In this document: in pieces, positions 16,234-16,353 of the stretch | Layout of the letters: each line of letters opens with the position of its first letter | Numbering within the stretch: position 1 is the first letter of the stretch | Source of the DNA: a bacterium | GTDB taxonomy: Bacteria; UBA10199; 2-02-FULL-44-16; DYJF01 | DNA length: 16,353 nucleotides | Assembly: GCA_041739675.1 (NCBI GenBank) | Contig: JBGSNL010000058.1 | Location: 1-16,353 of the forward strand | Direction of reading: 5' to 3' | Made by a program: the position numbers and the translations under genes | The notes under the pieces: generated by a model | The model's database searches: none | What the model saw: only the letters and a program-made list of their open reading frames with translations | What the model was told of the DNA's origin: nothing

Positions 16234-16261
16234 TTGCTTTTAATCAAAAAATCGTTATCTT
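16234..16261 (+). promoter_or_regulatory. Possible sigma70-type promoter of the tRNA
   Basis: TTGCTT (16234-16239), 16 nt spacer, TATCTT (16256-16261), with AT-rich upstream sequence, 23 nt before the tRNA. Confidence 0.4.
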
Positions 16262-16284
16262 TTGGCTACTTTTTGACGTTTTTA

Positions 16285-16353
16285 GCGACGGTGGCGGAAC
16301 TGGCATACGCGCACGGCTTAGGACCGTGTGCCGAAAGGCATGAGGGTTCAACT
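16285..16353 (+). tRNA. tRNA-Leu (anticodon TAG), 3' end cut off by the window edge
   Basis: 5' acceptor strand GCGACGG, D arm GCG-GAACTGGCATA-CGC, anticodon arm CACGG-CTTAGGA-CCGTG (TAG at 16319-16321), long variable arm TGCC-GAAA-GGCA, T arm GAGGG-TTCAACT. Confidence 0.95.

Noticed and set aside
16285..16353. tRNA as the integration site of a genomic island carrying the RiPP cluster
   Set aside because: No integrase, transposase or att-like repeat was seen, and housekeeping pepD lies between the two.
1..16353. CRISPR array, IS element or long DNA repeat
   Set aside because: None seen by eye; the repeated cgcgacatcaccgaccgcaa (about 1601 and 2558) only encodes the RDITDRK ends of the two PAS/PAC domains.

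Overview
Bacterial genomic window, nearly all on the + strand, in three blocks. (1) 1-4912: an apparently cytoplasmic two-component cluster made of a truncated histidine kinase, an Rcp1-like receiver, a REC-PAS-GAF-PAS hybrid kinase, a sensor-less duplicate kinase core and two stand-alone receivers. (2) 4909-12053: a tightly packed candidate RiPP (ribosomally synthesised and post-translationally modified peptide) operon that appears translationally coupled to block 1. It encodes an ABC exporter ATPase and permease, a UPF0489/peptide-arginase-like TPR protein, two PqqD/RRE proteins, a radical SAM/SPASM enzyme, a 59-aa Cys/His/Gly-rich precursor (9463-9642), an HPr-kinase-like P-loop protein, a soluble S24/S26 peptidase and a nucleotidyltransferase. 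No lasso cyclase is present in the window, and I cannot match this enzyme set to a characterised RiPP class, so it is the main candidate for an undescribed system. (3) 12054-16353: a small secreted repeat protein (- strand), an NAD-dependent sugar epimerase, a degenerate HD-GYP protein, pepD with its terminator, and a tRNA-Leu(TAG) cut by the window edge. All family calls come from motifs recognised by eye; no searches were run.
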